Below, piece after piece: positions 50,226-60,517 of a DNA stretch of 64,000 nt. Source of the stretch: a bacterium (lineage in GTDB: Bacteria > UBA8248); contig OZ244799.1 of the NCBI GenBank assembly GCA_965219955.1, positions 1,024,001 to 1,088,000 on the forward strand. The letters are read 5' to 3'. Every line of letters starts with the position of its first letter. Position 1 is the first letter of the stretch. The notes under the pieces are model-generated. The model saw only the letters and a list, made by a program, of their open reading frames with translations. It was not told the origin of the DNA and did no database searches. Both the position numbers and the translations under genes were made by a program.

Positions 50226-50976
50226 CGGGCGCATCGTCCCTGCCCAGATAGGCTTCACGGACCTTCGCATCGGCGAACACCTCGCCCGGGAGGCCTTCCG
50301 CTATCTTGCGGCCGAAATCGAGCACGCAAATACGGGTGCACACGCCCGCGATCAGCGCCATCTTGTGCTCGATCACCACACAGGTGCGGTTCGGAGCGAC
50401 GACCTCATGGATGAGCCGGGCCATGTCCGCGGTCTCGGCCGGAGTCATGCCGCCCGCCGGTTCGTCCAGGAACACCAGCGGCGGATCGGTCGTCAGCGCG
50501 CGGGCGACCTCCAGGCGCCGGCGCGCCGGCAAGGGGAGGTTTTTCGCCAGCACTTCACGATCTTTCAGAAGTCCAAACAACTCCAGCATTTCATCGACTC
50601 TTCCGGTATCGGCGCATTTGTGCGTCGGTCGGCTTCGCAACAGTCCGAGCAGCCCGCCCGAAACCCGGCTGTGCTGCGAGGCCCACACGTTCTGGAAAAC
50701 GGTCATGGTTGGAAACAGGCGGATGTTCTGAAACGTGCGCGCGATTCCCAGGCGTGCTATCCGGTGCCCTCGCCATCCGGTGATGTCCGCGCCCTGAAAG
50801 GAAATGCGCCCGCCGCTCGGCGGGTACACGCCGGTCACGGTGTTCAGAAGCGTCGTCTTGCCCGATCCGTTGGGTCCGATGAGGCCCAGAACCTCTCCGG
50901 CCGCGACCTCGAGGTCGATCCTGTCGAGCGCCGCCAGAGCGCCGAAGCGTTTTTCGACCCTCCTAAGCGCGAGCAT
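50218..50976 (-). CDS. HAAT ABC ATP-binding protein (LivG-like), set 2
   Basis: GPNGSGKT, ARTFQ, DEPAGGM, IEH. Confidence 0.92.
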   Translation of the reverse strand: MLALRRVEKRFGALAALDRIDLEVAAGEVLGLIGPNGSGKTTLLNTVTGVYPPSGGRISFQGADITGWRGHRIARLGIARTFQNIRLFPTMTVFQNVWASQHSRVSGGLLGLLRSRPTHKCADTGRVDEMLELFGLLKDREVLAKNLPLPARRRLEVARALTTDPPLVFLDEPAGGMTPAETADMARLIHEVVAPNRTCVVIEHKMALIAGVCTRICVLDFGRKIAEGLPGEVFADAKVREAYLGRDDAPDA

Positions 50977-51871
50977 GATTCCGCCTCGAGAACACGGCCT
51001 TCAACCGATGCACCCGCTCCTCGTCGAGGATGCCGCGCGGCATGAAGATCAACAGTATCGCCACCAGGCCGCCGAACACGATCATCCGGTAGCCCTGGAT
51101 GAAGCGAATCGCCTCCAGAAAGCCGACGTCGATGGCGACGCCGATGAGCGGTCCGAACGCCGTGCCGAGGCCTCCGATCAGGCCGTAGGCGAGGGCGTGC
51201 ACGCCCAGCATGACGTTGAAGAACTGCGGCTCCACATAGGTGGTGAAGTGTGCGTAGAGAGCCCCGCCGACGCCCGCGATCACACCGGCCGCCCCCACCG
51301 CCAGAATACGATAGCGCACGGTGTTCAGGCCCTGCATCTCGGCCAGCAGATCATCCGAACCGAGCATTCTGAGAACCGAACCCAGACGGGAGCGCTCGAC
51401 GAGCAGCAAGAAAATCACCGTCAGTGCGAGCAATCCGTAGATGAGGAGCATGAACTCGGTCAGGCTGATGTCGCGCTCGAACATCCAGCGGATGCCGTGG
51501 AATCCGTTTGCGCCCTCCGGACCTACCATCTCTCCATCGACTTCGACCTGAATTTCGACGATCAACAGGATCAGGCGCGCCATCTCCGCAAAAGCCAGGG
51601 TCGCTACCGAAAAGTAGAGACCGCTGAGCTGAAGCGTCAAAGCCCCCACGACCATCGCGATGATTCCGGCCACGCACGCGCCGACGAGAATTCCGGCCCA
51701 GATCGGCAACTGGAACATGGCGGTCGCAGCACCGGCCGCGTACGCGCTCAGGCCGAAGTAGGCCTGCTGGCCGAAGGAGATCTCCCCCGTCAGCAACAGC
51801 AGGTAGGCAGACAGCGCGATGAACGAGATCATGCCGATGTTCGACAGCACCGTGATGACGTAGTCGTCCAT
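50963..51871 (-). CDS. HAAT ABC permease (LivM-like), set 2
   Basis: TGEISFGQ, GLYFSVATLAFAE, GGLG. Confidence 0.9.
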   Translation of the reverse strand: MDDYVITVLSNIGMISFIALSAYLLLLTGEISFGQQAYFGLSAYAAGAATAMFQLPIWAGILVGACVAGIIAMVVGALTLQLSGLYFSVATLAFAEMARLILLIVEIQVEVDGEMVGPEGANGFHGIRWMFERDISLTEFMLLIYGLLALTVIFLLLVERSRLGSVLRMLGSDDLLAEMQGLNTVRYRILAVGAAGVIAGVGGALYAHFTTYVEPQFFNVMLGVHALAYGLIGGLGTAFGPLIGVAIDVGFLEAIRFIQGYRMIVFGGLVAILLIFMPRGILDEERVHRLKAVFSRRNHARA

Positions 51872-51874
51872 CCC

Positions 51875-52774
51875 TCAAACCCGCCGGAAAGCGAGAGCCT
51901 CGCGGCTCAGAATGCGTTGACCCATGAGGCCGCCGGGCCGCAGCACCAGCATCCCGAACAGCAGCAGATATGCGCTGAGATCCTTGTATTCGTTACCCAG
52001 ATACCAGAGAGCGTGGGCTTCGACGACGCCCAGCAGCAAGCCGCCCAGAATCGCGCCCGGCAGCGACCCCATGCCGCCCAGCATCATCGCAATGAGACCC
52101 TTGAAGGTGGCCCACAAGCCGAAGAAGGGGGTAATCTGCGCATCCGTGGACAATATGGCGTAGCCTGCCACCCCGCCCATCAGGGACACCAGCGCGAATG
52201 CGCACAGCGTGACCCAGGCCGCATTGATGCCCATGTAGGCGGCGGCCAGAGAGCTTTCGGAGACCGCTCGCAACGCCAGGCCAAAACGGGTGCGATACAA
52301 CAGGACGTGCAAAACGCCGACCATGATCATCGCCAGGACCAGCATCGAGGTCTGTTCCGCCCGGAACAGAAAAGGTCCGAGTTCGAAGGAATCGGCTGCG
52401 AGCAAAGCGGGGAAGGCGTAGGTGCGCTCGGGCAGCAGATGAATTGCAGCTTCCTCCAACTGCATCCAGATCACGAAGCTCGACACCATCGACGCGAGCA
52501 CGGCGCTGCGGCGGATGGCGTGAAAGCACAAGCGTTCGACGTAGATGCCGACGAGGACGGTGCTCGTCAGTGTCGTAAGAGCGACGATCCACACACTGAC
52601 CTGATGATGCACATGCAGCCACGTGCCGATGTAGGCGCCGAGCATGATGGTGGCGCCGAAGGAGAGGTTGATCCGGCGCATCACGCCGAAAATGATCGTG
52701 AAGCCAATCGCCAGAAGCGCGTAGGACGAACCGAACATGATGCCGTCGACCGTATTCTGGACAAAATCGATCAA
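51875..52774 (-). CDS. HAAT ABC permease (LivH-like), set 2
   Basis: YALLAIGFTIIFG, TRFGLALRA, LGGMGS, RPGGL. Confidence 0.9.
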   Translation of the reverse strand: MIDFVQNTVDGIMFGSSYALLAIGFTIIFGVMRRINLSFGATIMLGAYIGTWLHVHHQVSVWIVALTTLTSTVLVGIYVERLCFHAIRRSAVLASMVSSFVIWMQLEEAAIHLLPERTYAFPALLAADSFELGPFLFRAEQTSMLVLAMIMVGVLHVLLYRTRFGLALRAVSESSLAAAYMGINAAWVTLCAFALVSLMGGVAGYAILSTDAQITPFFGLWATFKGLIAMMLGGMGSLPGAILGGLLLGVVEAHALWYLGNEYKDLSAYLLLFGMLVLRPGGLMGQRILSREALAFRRV

Positions 52775-52801
52775 GACGCGCTCCCACGACTCCGGTATTC
52801 G

Positions 52802-53518
52802 TTAATCCTTCTGCGACCCGAGGTAGGCCCGGTGAATGACCTCGTCTTCTGCGAGTTCACCGGGCGATCCCGAGAATGTGATTTCTCCGTTTTCGATGAG
52901 GTAGAACTTGTGGGCCACGGTCAGCGCCATATGGGCGTTTTGCTCGACCAGGAAAATCGTGACGCCTTCCGCATTCAGTTCGCGGATGATGCTGAAAATC
53001 TCCCTGACGATCAACGGCGCCAGCCCGATGGATGGTTCGTCCATGAGGAGAATCTTGGGACGATTCATCAGGCCCCTGGCGATGGCCAGCATCTGCTGCT
53101 CGCCTCCCGACAGAGTGCCCGCAAGCTGACCCTTGCGTTCTTCCAGGCGAGGAAAGCGCCGGTACATGTCCGCGACATCGGCCGCGACCTCCGCCTCGGA
53201 AGCCCGCCGGGAGTAGGCGCCGGCATGGAGGTTCTCCTCGACGTTCATGTAGGGAAAGACAAGACGGTTCTCGGGCACCAAAGCGAGGCCTCTTGACACC
53301 ACCCTGCTGGCCGGCAACCGCGTTATGTCATCGCCGCTCAAAACGACGGAGCCGGATTCGGGGGAAAGGATGCCTGCAATGGTGAACATGGTCGTCGTTT
53401 TGCCCGCGCCGTTCGGGCCGAGCAGACACGTGATTTCGCCCTCGGCCGCATCGAGGCAGATGCCTCGCAGCGCCTGAACTTTTCCGTAGGAAGTGACGAG
53501 ATCCCGAACGCTCAGCAT
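52802..53518 (-). CDS. HAAT ABC ATP-binding protein (LivF-like), set 1
   Basis: GPNGAGKT, FPRLEER, LSGGEQQ, DEPSIGL. Confidence 0.92.
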   Translation of the reverse strand: MLSVRDLVTSYGKVQALRGICLDAAEGEITCLLGPNGAGKTTTMFTIAGILSPESGSVVLSGDDITRLPASRVVSRGLALVPENRLVFPYMNVEENLHAGAYSRRASEAEVAADVADMYRRFPRLEERKGQLAGTLSGGEQQMLAIARGLMNRPKILLMDEPSIGLAPLIVREIFSIIRELNAEGVTIFLVEQNAHMALTVAHKFYLIENGEITFSGSPGELAEDEVIHRAYLGSQKD

Positions 53519-53522
53519 GTTC

Positions 53523-54299
53523 TCAATCGCCCGTATCGAGAGAGGGGGCATCCGAGTCGGATGTTCCCAGGTAAGCCTCCTGCACGGCCTTGTTCCGCTG
53601 CACGTCGCCTGGAGTCCCGGATGCGATCTTCTGCCCGAAATTGAGAACGGCGATTTGCTCCGCCACACCCATGACGAGTTCCATCACGTGCTCGACGAGC
53701 AGAATCGTTACTCCGGAATCACGGATACGCCGAATGCGCAGGCTCAAATCATGAATCTCCTGGCGGTTCATGCCGGCTGCAGGTTCGTCCAGCAACAACA
53801 ACTTCGGGCGGGCCGCCGCGGCGCGGGCAAACTCCAGTCGCCGTTGTTCCCCGAATGCGAGGTTGGATGCGAGTTCATCGCTTTTGTGTTCCAGATCGGC
53901 GAGTTCGAGCAGGGTGGCGATCTCCCTCCGGGTCCGGCGGGTAGCGCCGAACCAGCGTGACAGAAAGCCTTGCGTGGCGAGATCCTCAGGTGAGTTCTGC
54001 GCCACCCACAGATTCTGCCATACGGTGAGATTCGGAAACAGGCGGATATTCTGGAACGTTCGGGCGATTCCCGCCCGCAGGCGCTGGTGCGGCGGCTTGC
54101 CGTTCATCAGTTCCTCGTGGAATCGAACCGTACCGGCCGTTTCCTGATACACGCCGCAGATCAGGTTGATGGTCGTGCTCTTGCCCGATCCGTTGGGGCC
54201 GATCAACCCGAAGATCTCACCCTCTTGAACCGTGATGTCCAGCTCATCTACGGCCCTGACTCCACCGAAGTGTTTCGACAGTCCGCTCAGCTCAAGCAT
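53523..54299 (-). CDS. HAAT ABC ATP-binding protein (LivG-like), set 1
   Basis: GPNGSGKS, ARTFQ, DEPAAGM, VEH. Confidence 0.92.
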   Translation of the reverse strand: MLELSGLSKHFGGVRAVDELDITVQEGEIFGLIGPNGSGKSTTINLICGVYQETAGTVRFHEELMNGKPPHQRLRAGIARTFQNIRLFPNLTVWQNLWVAQNSPEDLATQGFLSRWFGATRRTRREIATLLELADLEHKSDELASNLAFGEQRRLEFARAAAARPKLLLLDEPAAGMNRQEIHDLSLRIRRIRDSGVTILLVEHVMELVMGVAEQIAVLNFGQKIASGTPGDVQRNKAVQEAYLGTSDSDAPSLDTGD

Positions 54300-55206
54300 C
54301 GGACTTCTCCTGCGCGCCGAGACCGACCGCGCGCTTCAGGACCTGGGCGGTGCGCGCATCGAACAGGCCGGAAGGCTTCAGGTTCATCGCCATGATGATC
54401 AGCAACCCGAACACGATGTTGCGCCAATCCCCCATGAATCGAAGCCCCTCCACGAGTACGCCCTGAATGAAGACGACCGCCACCAGGGTGCCGAACACGC
54501 TCGAGAGGCCGCCGAGGATCGGATAGGAGACCGCGAAGGTCGCGAGCAGCACGGTAAAGGTGAGGTGATCGACGTAGGTCGCCGTGTGCGCGTAAAGGGC
54601 TCCGCCGATTCCGGCGATGAAGCCTCCGGCGGTCATGGCCGTCACCTTTACCGCGGTGAGGTTGACGCCGACGCTTTGCGTCGCGAGTTCATCTTCTCCG
54701 ACCGCTCGCAACACCGCTCCGGCACGCGAACGGTCCATCCACCACAGCGCCGCCATGACCAGGATGACGAACGTCCAGACGAAGGCCGTGATCTCCCACG
54801 GCGACCATCCGTTCGCCACGAAGTACCGGATCTCGCGGAAGCCGTTGGTGCTGTCCGGCCCGACTACGATGTCGCCGCGCGGCACGCGCCAGCTCAGGTT
54901 GAAGAAGAACAGACGAACGAACTCGCCGAACGCGATGGTCGCGACCACCAGCATCAGTCCCTTTACCCTCAAGGCGGGAAAACCGACGAGGAACGCGAAG
55001 AACGCGGCAATGACCGCGGCCGCAAGCAGTGCGGGAAGAATGGGCAACTCGAAGATGACGGTGAGAATGCCTGCGGAGTAGGCTCCGATCGCAAAAAAGC
55101 CGGCCTGGCCCAATGAGAGTTGTCCGGTCAGCATCAGGACATACGCGGACAAGCCGAGAAGAGTGTGAATCCCGATGAGTTGGGCGAGGCCAAGGTAGTA
55201 CGACAT
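54292..55206 (-). CDS. HAAT ABC permease (LivM-like), set 1
   Basis: TGQLSLGQ, ATIAFGE, EDE. Confidence 0.9.
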   Translation of the reverse strand: MSYYLGLAQLIGIHTLLGLSAYVLMLTGQLSLGQAGFFAIGAYSAGILTVIFELPILPALLAAAVIAAFFAFLVGFPALRVKGLMLVVATIAFGEFVRLFFFNLSWRVPRGDIVVGPDSTNGFREIRYFVANGWSPWEITAFVWTFVILVMAALWWMDRSRAGAVLRAVGEDELATQSVGVNLTAVKVTAMTAGGFIAGIGGALYAHTATYVDHLTFTVLLATFAVSYPILGGLSSVFGTLVAVVFIQGVLVEGLRFMGDWRNIVFGLLIIMAMNLKPSGLFDARTAQVLKRAVGLGAQEKSDA

Positions 55207-55212
55207 CGGTGG

Positions 55213-56109
55213 CTAGTCCCGGTCTATCGCTGAGCCGAAGAGGCCGTCGGGTCTGAAAATCAGGAAAACGAACAGCAGCAGAAGCACGTACATATCGCGT
55301 TCGTTGACGCCCCGGAAGTACAGGAACGCATTTTCCAGCCCGCCGACCAGCAACCCGGCCGCAATGGCTCCCGGGATCGAGCCCAAGCCCCCGATAACGC
55401 TGACGATCAGGCCTTTCACCGTGAGCGGCACGGTGATCAGCGGCGACAGCACTCCGACAGCGGACGCCGTCATCGAGCCGGCGATGCCGCCTAGCAAGCC
55501 TGCGAGCACGAAAGTGATGGCGTTGGTCCGATGGACGTCGATGCCGCAGAGCTGAGCCGCCACGTCCTGTTGGGACACCGCTCGCGTCGCCAGGCCCAGC
55601 CGGGTTCGGTAGAGCACGTAGAGCAGTCCGATGGTGCTGACGATGTTCACCGCCAGCACGAACAGCAAATCGCCGCGCACCCCGTAAGGGCCCATTTCGA
55701 ACATCACGTCGTCGAACAGTGCCGGAAAAGTAAGCGGTGAACCATCGGTCGTATGCACGACGATCTCGTCGATGAAGAACAGCGCCCCGATGGAAGCCAT
55801 CAAGGCGGCAAGGTGGTTGTTGATGGGTATGAACCTGAAGCAGGTGATATACACGGCGCCGCCGATCAGCCCCGAGGCGAGCGCAGAGATCAGGAACACC
55901 ACCGGGGCCGGGGCTTTGATGAAGGTGAACGCGGCCAGGCCGACGTACGCCCCGGCCAGAGCCGCCGCGGCGTAGGTCATGTTGAGTTTTCGCATGGCGC
56001 CGAATATCAGGGAAAAGCCGATACCGATCAGCGCATAGGTCGTACCGAAGAACAGGCCGTCGCCGATGGTCTGGGTGATCTCTACGAACTCGAGCAAAAA
56101 ATCACTCAT
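55213..56109 (-). CDS. HAAT ABC permease (LivH-like), set 1
   Basis: YALIGIGFSLIFG, TRLGLATRA, IGGLGS, RPDGLFG. Confidence 0.9.
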   Translation of the reverse strand: MSDFLLEFVEITQTIGDGLFFGTTYALIGIGFSLIFGAMRKLNMTYAAAALAGAYVGLAAFTFIKAPAPVVFLISALASGLIGGAVYITCFRFIPINNHLAALMASIGALFFIDEIVVHTTDGSPLTFPALFDDVMFEMGPYGVRGDLLFVLAVNIVSTIGLLYVLYRTRLGLATRAVSQQDVAAQLCGIDVHRTNAITFVLAGLLGGIAGSMTASAVGVLSPLITVPLTVKGLIVSVIGGLGSIPGAIAAGLLVGGLENAFLYFRGVNERDMYVLLLLFVFLIFRPDGLFGSAIDRD

Positions 56110-56331
56110 GGTCTGATCTCATTTGTACCCTCAGCGACCAGGGACAATCAGCGTCGCGCGAGACTAATACCGGATACGTGATCGGACCTGCCTAGTCGTG
56201 TTTTCTCGCACTTTCCTGGGAAAGACGCCGGCCCCGGCCCGGCGACATGGTGAACGGGAGTTCGAGTAGATGTTGTTCACCATGTCGCCGCATCAAGGAT
56301 CCACCAGTCGCGATCCTGGTCGGAGACTGCG

Positions 56332-57609
56332 TTAGCGTGGATCGTGAACGACTTTCCACGTACCCTTTTGGGCTTGCACGAAGACGTAGGGTTTGATGGA
56401 TTCGCCCTCGTTCTGGACCCGACCGATCTCGCCCATCAGCCCATTGACCTTGACCAGGGCTTCGAGGCCGTCGCGGACCTTGCGCCTGTCGGCCTTCAGC
56501 GTCCCGGGCTTGGCCATGACGCCGGTCGCCTCGACCACCTGCTTGATGATGTGCGCGTTCTCCCAGGCGGCCGCGCTGTGCAGATCGGCGGCCCCGCCAT
56601 TGGCTTCGGCGGCGGCGGCGACCTTCGCGGCGGCCTTCGTGATCGGAGCGAAGCCGGTCGGGATGTAGATGCCCTCCGCGGCGGCGGAGCAACCCTTGAG
56701 GGTTTCCGCACTGGACGAACTGGTGAGTCCCACGAGCACCTTCGGCCTGATTCGCTGGCGCCTCAATTCCTTGAGCATGCCGCAGGTGGTGAAGGGGTGC
56801 GAGGAGATGATCATCATGTCGGCGCCCGATCTCTTGAAGGCGCGGGCCTGGACCGAGAAGTTCGTATCGGCAAGCAGCCAGTTGGACGATTTCGAGACTT
56901 TGAGCACATTCTTCATGCCCGCTATAATCTTGCCGGTCACCCCTTCGATGCCGCCGCCGACCCACTCGAAGCCGTATTTCTTGGCCTTTTGGACGATGAC
57001 GGCGGCGAAGGTGATCCTGGAGTGGGCCTGGTCGGTCTCGGTTCCGCCGTAGATCGTCTTGACGTCGGGATACTTCGAGCGCAGCCATTTGAACAACGCG
57101 TCATACATGGTGATCTCGTTGGGCACGTTGCGGAACGTCCATTGGGACTTTTTGGCAAGGCCGGGACGAATCGCTGTGTCGGTGAGAATGGGAAACTGAA
57201 GCCCGCTGTCAGACTTGTCGTCCACCTTTTTCTGAAAGATGCCGTACATGGCCGCCGCGGCGCCGGAGCACGTCGGGCCGATGCCGGCCAAAGCTTCGGT
57301 TTGCGATTCGACCTTGCGCGCAATCGAGATGGCCTGATCGGCATTGCAGGCGGAGTCGTAATAAGTGAATTCCATCTTGGCCATGGTGCCGTCGCCCAGT
57401 TTCACGCCGCCCGAATCGTTGATGGCCTTTATCGCTCCTTTGAGCACGGCCTCGGAGTTGACCCCGAAAGAGCGCAAGGGCCCCGACTTAGCACCCCAGG
57501 CCGCGATCTTGACGGTGCGCTCGGCCGCGACCACCGGATGCGCGAGCATGAAGAATGATGCGACCATGACGAACATAGCCGCTGCCGTGAGTTTTGTTGT
57601 AGCAGACAT
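56332..57609 (-). CDS. HAAT ABC substrate-binding protein
   Basis: Signal peptide, INDSGG, DSAC, IGPTCS, FRN; GGGAGG RBS; first gene of the operon. Confidence 0.9.
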   Translation of the reverse strand: MSATTKLTAAAMFVMVASFFMLAHPVVAAERTVKIAAWGAKSGPLRSFGVNSEAVLKGAIKAINDSGGVKLGDGTMAKMEFTYYDSACNADQAISIARKVESQTEALAGIGPTCSGAAAAMYGIFQKKVDDKSDSGLQFPILTDTAIRPGLAKKSQWTFRNVPNEITMYDALFKWLRSKYPDVKTIYGGTETDQAHSRITFAAVIVQKAKKYGFEWVGGGIEGVTGKIIAGMKNVLKVSKSSNWLLADTNFSVQARAFKRSGADMMIISSHPFTTCGMLKELRRQRIRPKVLVGLTSSSSAETLKGCSAAAEGIYIPTGFAPITKAAAKVAAAAEANGGAADLHSAAAWENAHIIKQVVEATGVMAKPGTLKADRRKVRDGLEALVKVNGLMGEIGRVQNEGESIKPYVFVQAQKGTWKVVHDPR

Positions 57610-57788
57610 TTCGAGTCCTCCCGTTTGAGTTCCTCAGTGGGCTTGATCGCCATTGGCCAAGTGTTCGACTTTTGGGCGCCCCCATCTTGTCGTCAGCATT
57701 TATGGCCACCGAAATCCTGCGTCGAAGCGCTGGACACGGTTCATACCCTGCATTGTTACAAGAAACTGAATGCCAAACCATGCCCAAT

Positions 57789-57803
57789 ATAAGATTTATA
57801 TAT
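57789..57803. promoter_or_regulatory. candidate LysR-type operator (ATA-N9-TAT)
   Basis: ATAAGATTTATATAT in the AT-rich region between the ABC operon and the divergent LysR gene. Confidence 0.35.
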
Positions 57804-58088
57804 CTCAATTTTGATAACAGTTTAGCGCCATATCATCTCAAAACGCGCCGCTCTGAGGATCGTCAGGTCTTCGTGCTCCCCGGCAATTGAGATGCGAGTA
57901 TCGCCACAACCGAACAAAATAAAACTGTGGTCGATATTACCGGATGCGAGGTCTTCCGCTACGGAGTCCCGCCATCGCGGATGCGCGCCGGCCTGCGTTC
58001 ACGTATTGCCGGATTCGGGTTCGGGAGTTGCCGGCATTCCGTTCGGGTGCACCGGATTCCGCGGCAAACGGACAATTGGCATCAAAGG

Positions 58089-58946
58089 GGGGTTGTTGAA
58101 AAAGTTCCGAACTCTGAATTTGTCGTATGCAATCGACCGACGAGAGAGAGGAACCACTCCCCCTCAAGGAGCTGTTGAAAAACCCCTGGTTTCGTGATTC
58201 TCCATATGGAGCCGACCGGGAAAGGGGTGCTGTAGGGACAGGTCGCGACCTGTCCCTACGAGACGGTGCGGTTTTGTTCGTCATTCCGGCGAAAGCCGGA
58301 ATCCATTTTGCTTTTTAGCTTTTCGCATTGATTCATCCCCATACGAAGATGGAATCAAACGCCTGAGCGGATCCGCCCTCCTCGGCTCCAGGCTCGGCAT
58401 TCTCTCCCGCCTTGATCGGGACTGACGCCGGAATACGATCAAAGGCGAAAATGGATTCCGGCTTTCGCCGGAATGACGGCCAAAACCCGAAACCGGGCGC
58501 AGGCGTCACTTCCTACTCGATAGGCTTTTTCAACAGCCCCTTGAGGGTCGGCCTTTCCTCCTCGGAAGCCAGACCTCCTCAAGGAGTTGTTGAAAAAGTC
58601 CTGATGAGGGAGGGGTTTGTTCCGTAGGGGCTGCTCGCGAACGGTCTTTGCCGGAGAAACGGGCGCTTCACGAAGCGCCCCTACGACACCTTTCCGGAGA
58701 GATCGCAACACCCGTCATTCCGGCGGAAGCCGGAATCCATTTGTTTTGCCTTTGTTTTCTCTTTTTTGATTGGTTTCCGCCAATGCCGAGGAGATGAAAA
58801 GCCGGCGTATCGTCACTCTGCTTTAGAATGGATTCCGGCTTTCGCCGGAATGACGGCAGTGGCCAATTCCGACCGGGGGTGACTTTTTCAACAGGCCCCT
58901 CAAAGGGGGAGTGGTTCCTCTCTCCTCGGATTTTTTCAACAACCCC
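58089..58946. mobile_element. nested MITE-like structure: outer unit containing two inner units
   Basis: Outer perfect 15-bp IR 58089-58103/58932-58946; inner units 58168-58540 and 58583-58899, each with GTAG REP(s) and a GTCATTCC doublet. Confidence 0.78.
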
Positions 58947-59410
58947 TAAACGGATTGCCTGGTTATCGAGTCTGGCGGGCGAGTGCGGCCCCGTGCAGAA
59001 CGGCGTTCGCAACCCGTGACAATCGCAGCTGGGAAAAATTTATTGTTCAGAGGCAATCGTTGTTTTATTATTATTGGAATTGAGAACAACCAATAGCACA
59101 AATGATATTGGTTGATGGTTGTCCCGCTTGTTTTATAGAGCACTTCCGGAAATCCTGCCGGGAGCTCCAAAAACGGCGTCGCCCACGGCTGGCGCCGGCC
59201 GGGAAGCACGCAGCCGCGAAAGAGAGGTTCGGAGCCGATGTGTGTTCGCCAGTCCGGTCAGATGTCACATTTCTTTCTGCCCGGGCGGGCCGGAAAGGGA
59301 GGACACGCGGGCGTCCCTGCGGTCGCATGCCCATGGTCCGGCGAGGGCTCGACGAAAAGCCTTCGTCTCCACGCCCCGGCGCATTCTCGGGCGAACATTG
59401 GAGGCCGGTC

Positions 59411-60352
59411 ATGAGTGGTCCCCGGTTCAAGATTCCCTCCACCAACACGCTGCTCGCCTTCGAGGCGGTCGCCCGGCTCGGCAGCGTCGGCCGCGCCGCT
59501 GAGGAGCGCAGCACGTCGCAATCGGCGATCAGCCGTCACCTGAGCAATCTGGAGGACGCGCTCGGCGTGATGCTGTTCGAGCGTTCGGGCCGGGGAATCG
59601 CGCTGAACCGGAGCGGCGAAAAGTATTTTCTCGCCGTCCAGTCGGCGATGGGCACCCTGCAAGACACCGCTCACGGGCTTCACAACCGCAAAACCGGCCT
59701 GACCATCGGATGCACCCTGGATATCTCGGGTCTGTTGCTGCCGCCGATCTTTTCCAGGCTGAAGCGGTCCCTGGGCGATGGCGTCGCGGCCCGGATTGTG
59801 GTCTACGACTTCGACATACTGTCCATGCAGATACCTGTGGGCCTCGACATTATCTTCGAGTCTTCGGTTGGTGCGCCGCACCCTAACGAGAATGCGGTCA
59901 AGGTCCTGGATGAGGAAATCGTGCCGGTGGCCTCGCCCTCCTTCCTGGAACGGTTCGAGCCGGTGCTGGCCGGACCGCCGCAATGCTGGTCGGGGGTGCC
60001 GCGCCTGGACATCGGTCTGCCCAGCCCGGGCTGGGCGACCTGGGATACCTGGTTCGACGAACATGGCTGCGCGCCCCCGGACGCACCGGTCGAGACTTTC
60101 GAGAACTACATCCATCTGCTGCGGGCGGCGGCCGACGGCGACGGCATCGCTATCGGCTGGAACGGATTCCTGACCGATTACACCGAAGCGGGGCAACTTG
60201 TGGCCGTCCGGAACGAGTGGCTGCGAACCGGGCTCAGCATGTACGGCGTTCCCACGCCAAACGGCAAGCGCAACCCCGCTTCGAAGGACTGCCTGCGGGA
60301 GCTTGGTCGGCTGATCGGGGAGCTTTGCAGCCGCGGGCCCGTGACGAAATGA
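59411..60352 (+). CDS. LysR family transcriptional regulator (GcvA-like)
   Basis: LLAFEAVARLGS..RAAEE...SQSAISRH...LE..LG..LF.R helix-turn-helix; G.GIA.GW. Confidence 0.93.
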   Translation: MSGPRFKIPSTNTLLAFEAVARLGSVGRAAEERSTSQSAISRHLSNLEDALGVMLFERSGRGIALNRSGEKYFLAVQSAMGTLQDTAHGLHNRKTGLTIGCTLDISGLLLPPIFSRLKRSLGDGVAARIVVYDFDILSMQIPVGLDIIFESSVGAPHPNENAVKVLDEEIVPVASPSFLERFEPVLAGPPQCWSGVPRLDIGLPSPGWATWDTWFDEHGCAPPDAPVETFENYIHLLRAAADGDGIAIGWNGFLTDYTEAGQLVAVRNEWLRTGLSMYGVPTPNGKRNPASKDCLRELGRLIGELCSRGPVTK

Positions 60353-60517
60353 GTCGTGGGCGGCTTTGTATTCCGGTGCAGCGGCGGCGGAATGGAATGG
60401 GATGATGCTTCGAAGACCGGCGCTGCGTGTCTGTCGCCCTCAGACGGGCGAGGAACGTGAATTCGGGAACTGTCCTCGGCCTTGCCGTGGTAACGGCAAG
60501 CCAATCCGGCAAAATAG

